64,000 nucleotides of DNA from a virus (taxonomy: Duplodnaviria > Caudoviricetes), in the IMG/VR virus record IMGVR_UViG_3300029288_005871, positions 1 to 64,000 of that record. One strand, given 5' to 3'. The notes under the pieces were generated by a model. That model saw only the letters and a list, made by a program, of their open reading frames with translations. It was not told the origin of the DNA and searched no databases. The position numbers were made by a program, and so were the translations under genes. Shown one piece after another: positions 63,927 to 64,000 of the stretch. Position 1 is the first letter of the stretch. Each line of letters opens with the position of its first letter.

Positions 63927-64000
63927 ATGGCCTGTTTTAAGTTCAATTAATACTCCAAACTTTAACTCTGTACCTGATTCTTTTTTACTCTCACCGTTAC

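Noticed and set aside
1-64000. tRNA/rRNA genes, reverse transcriptase/DGR, integrase, IS transposases
   Set aside because: None were recognised by eye; tRNAscan-SE and HMM searches would be needed to exclude them formally.

Overview
This AT-rich 64 kb window looks like part of a large tailed-phage (or prophage) genome using the standard genetic code. No capsid, tail or integrase gene is recognisable. It has three transcriptional blocks. (1) Minus strand, 1-52.4 kb. A huge glycan-synthesis cluster (about 16 glycosyltransferase-type genes, 8 SAM-methyltransferase genes, 3 acetyltransferases, an intein-split DegT aminotransferase, nucleotide-sugar dehydrogenase, deacetylase, plant-type RGP/UDP-Ara mutase and MetK) surrounds the packaging genes (TerS, TerL, portal, intein-split gp7/gpF head protein) and leads into a mucin-like Thr/Ser-repeat protein that the ORF track missed. 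Upstream in the same block are a complete ubiquitin-like conjugation operon (E1, Ubl ending GG-QEC, E2-like, JAB) with its own promoter, RibA, a replication module (lambda-O-like initiator with five 18-bp iterons, primase-helicase) and a nonsense-interrupted C5 methyltransferase with a long overlapping second frame. (2) Plus strand, 52.9-62.5 kb. An early-type region of small genes punctuated by seven related stem-loops and three gene-enclosing inverted repeats, with truncated DnaN-, ComM- and RadA-like proteins, DenV, a start-less lytic transglycosylase and an SSB. (3) A convergent rtcB. All family calls come from motif recognition by eye; no database search was run.
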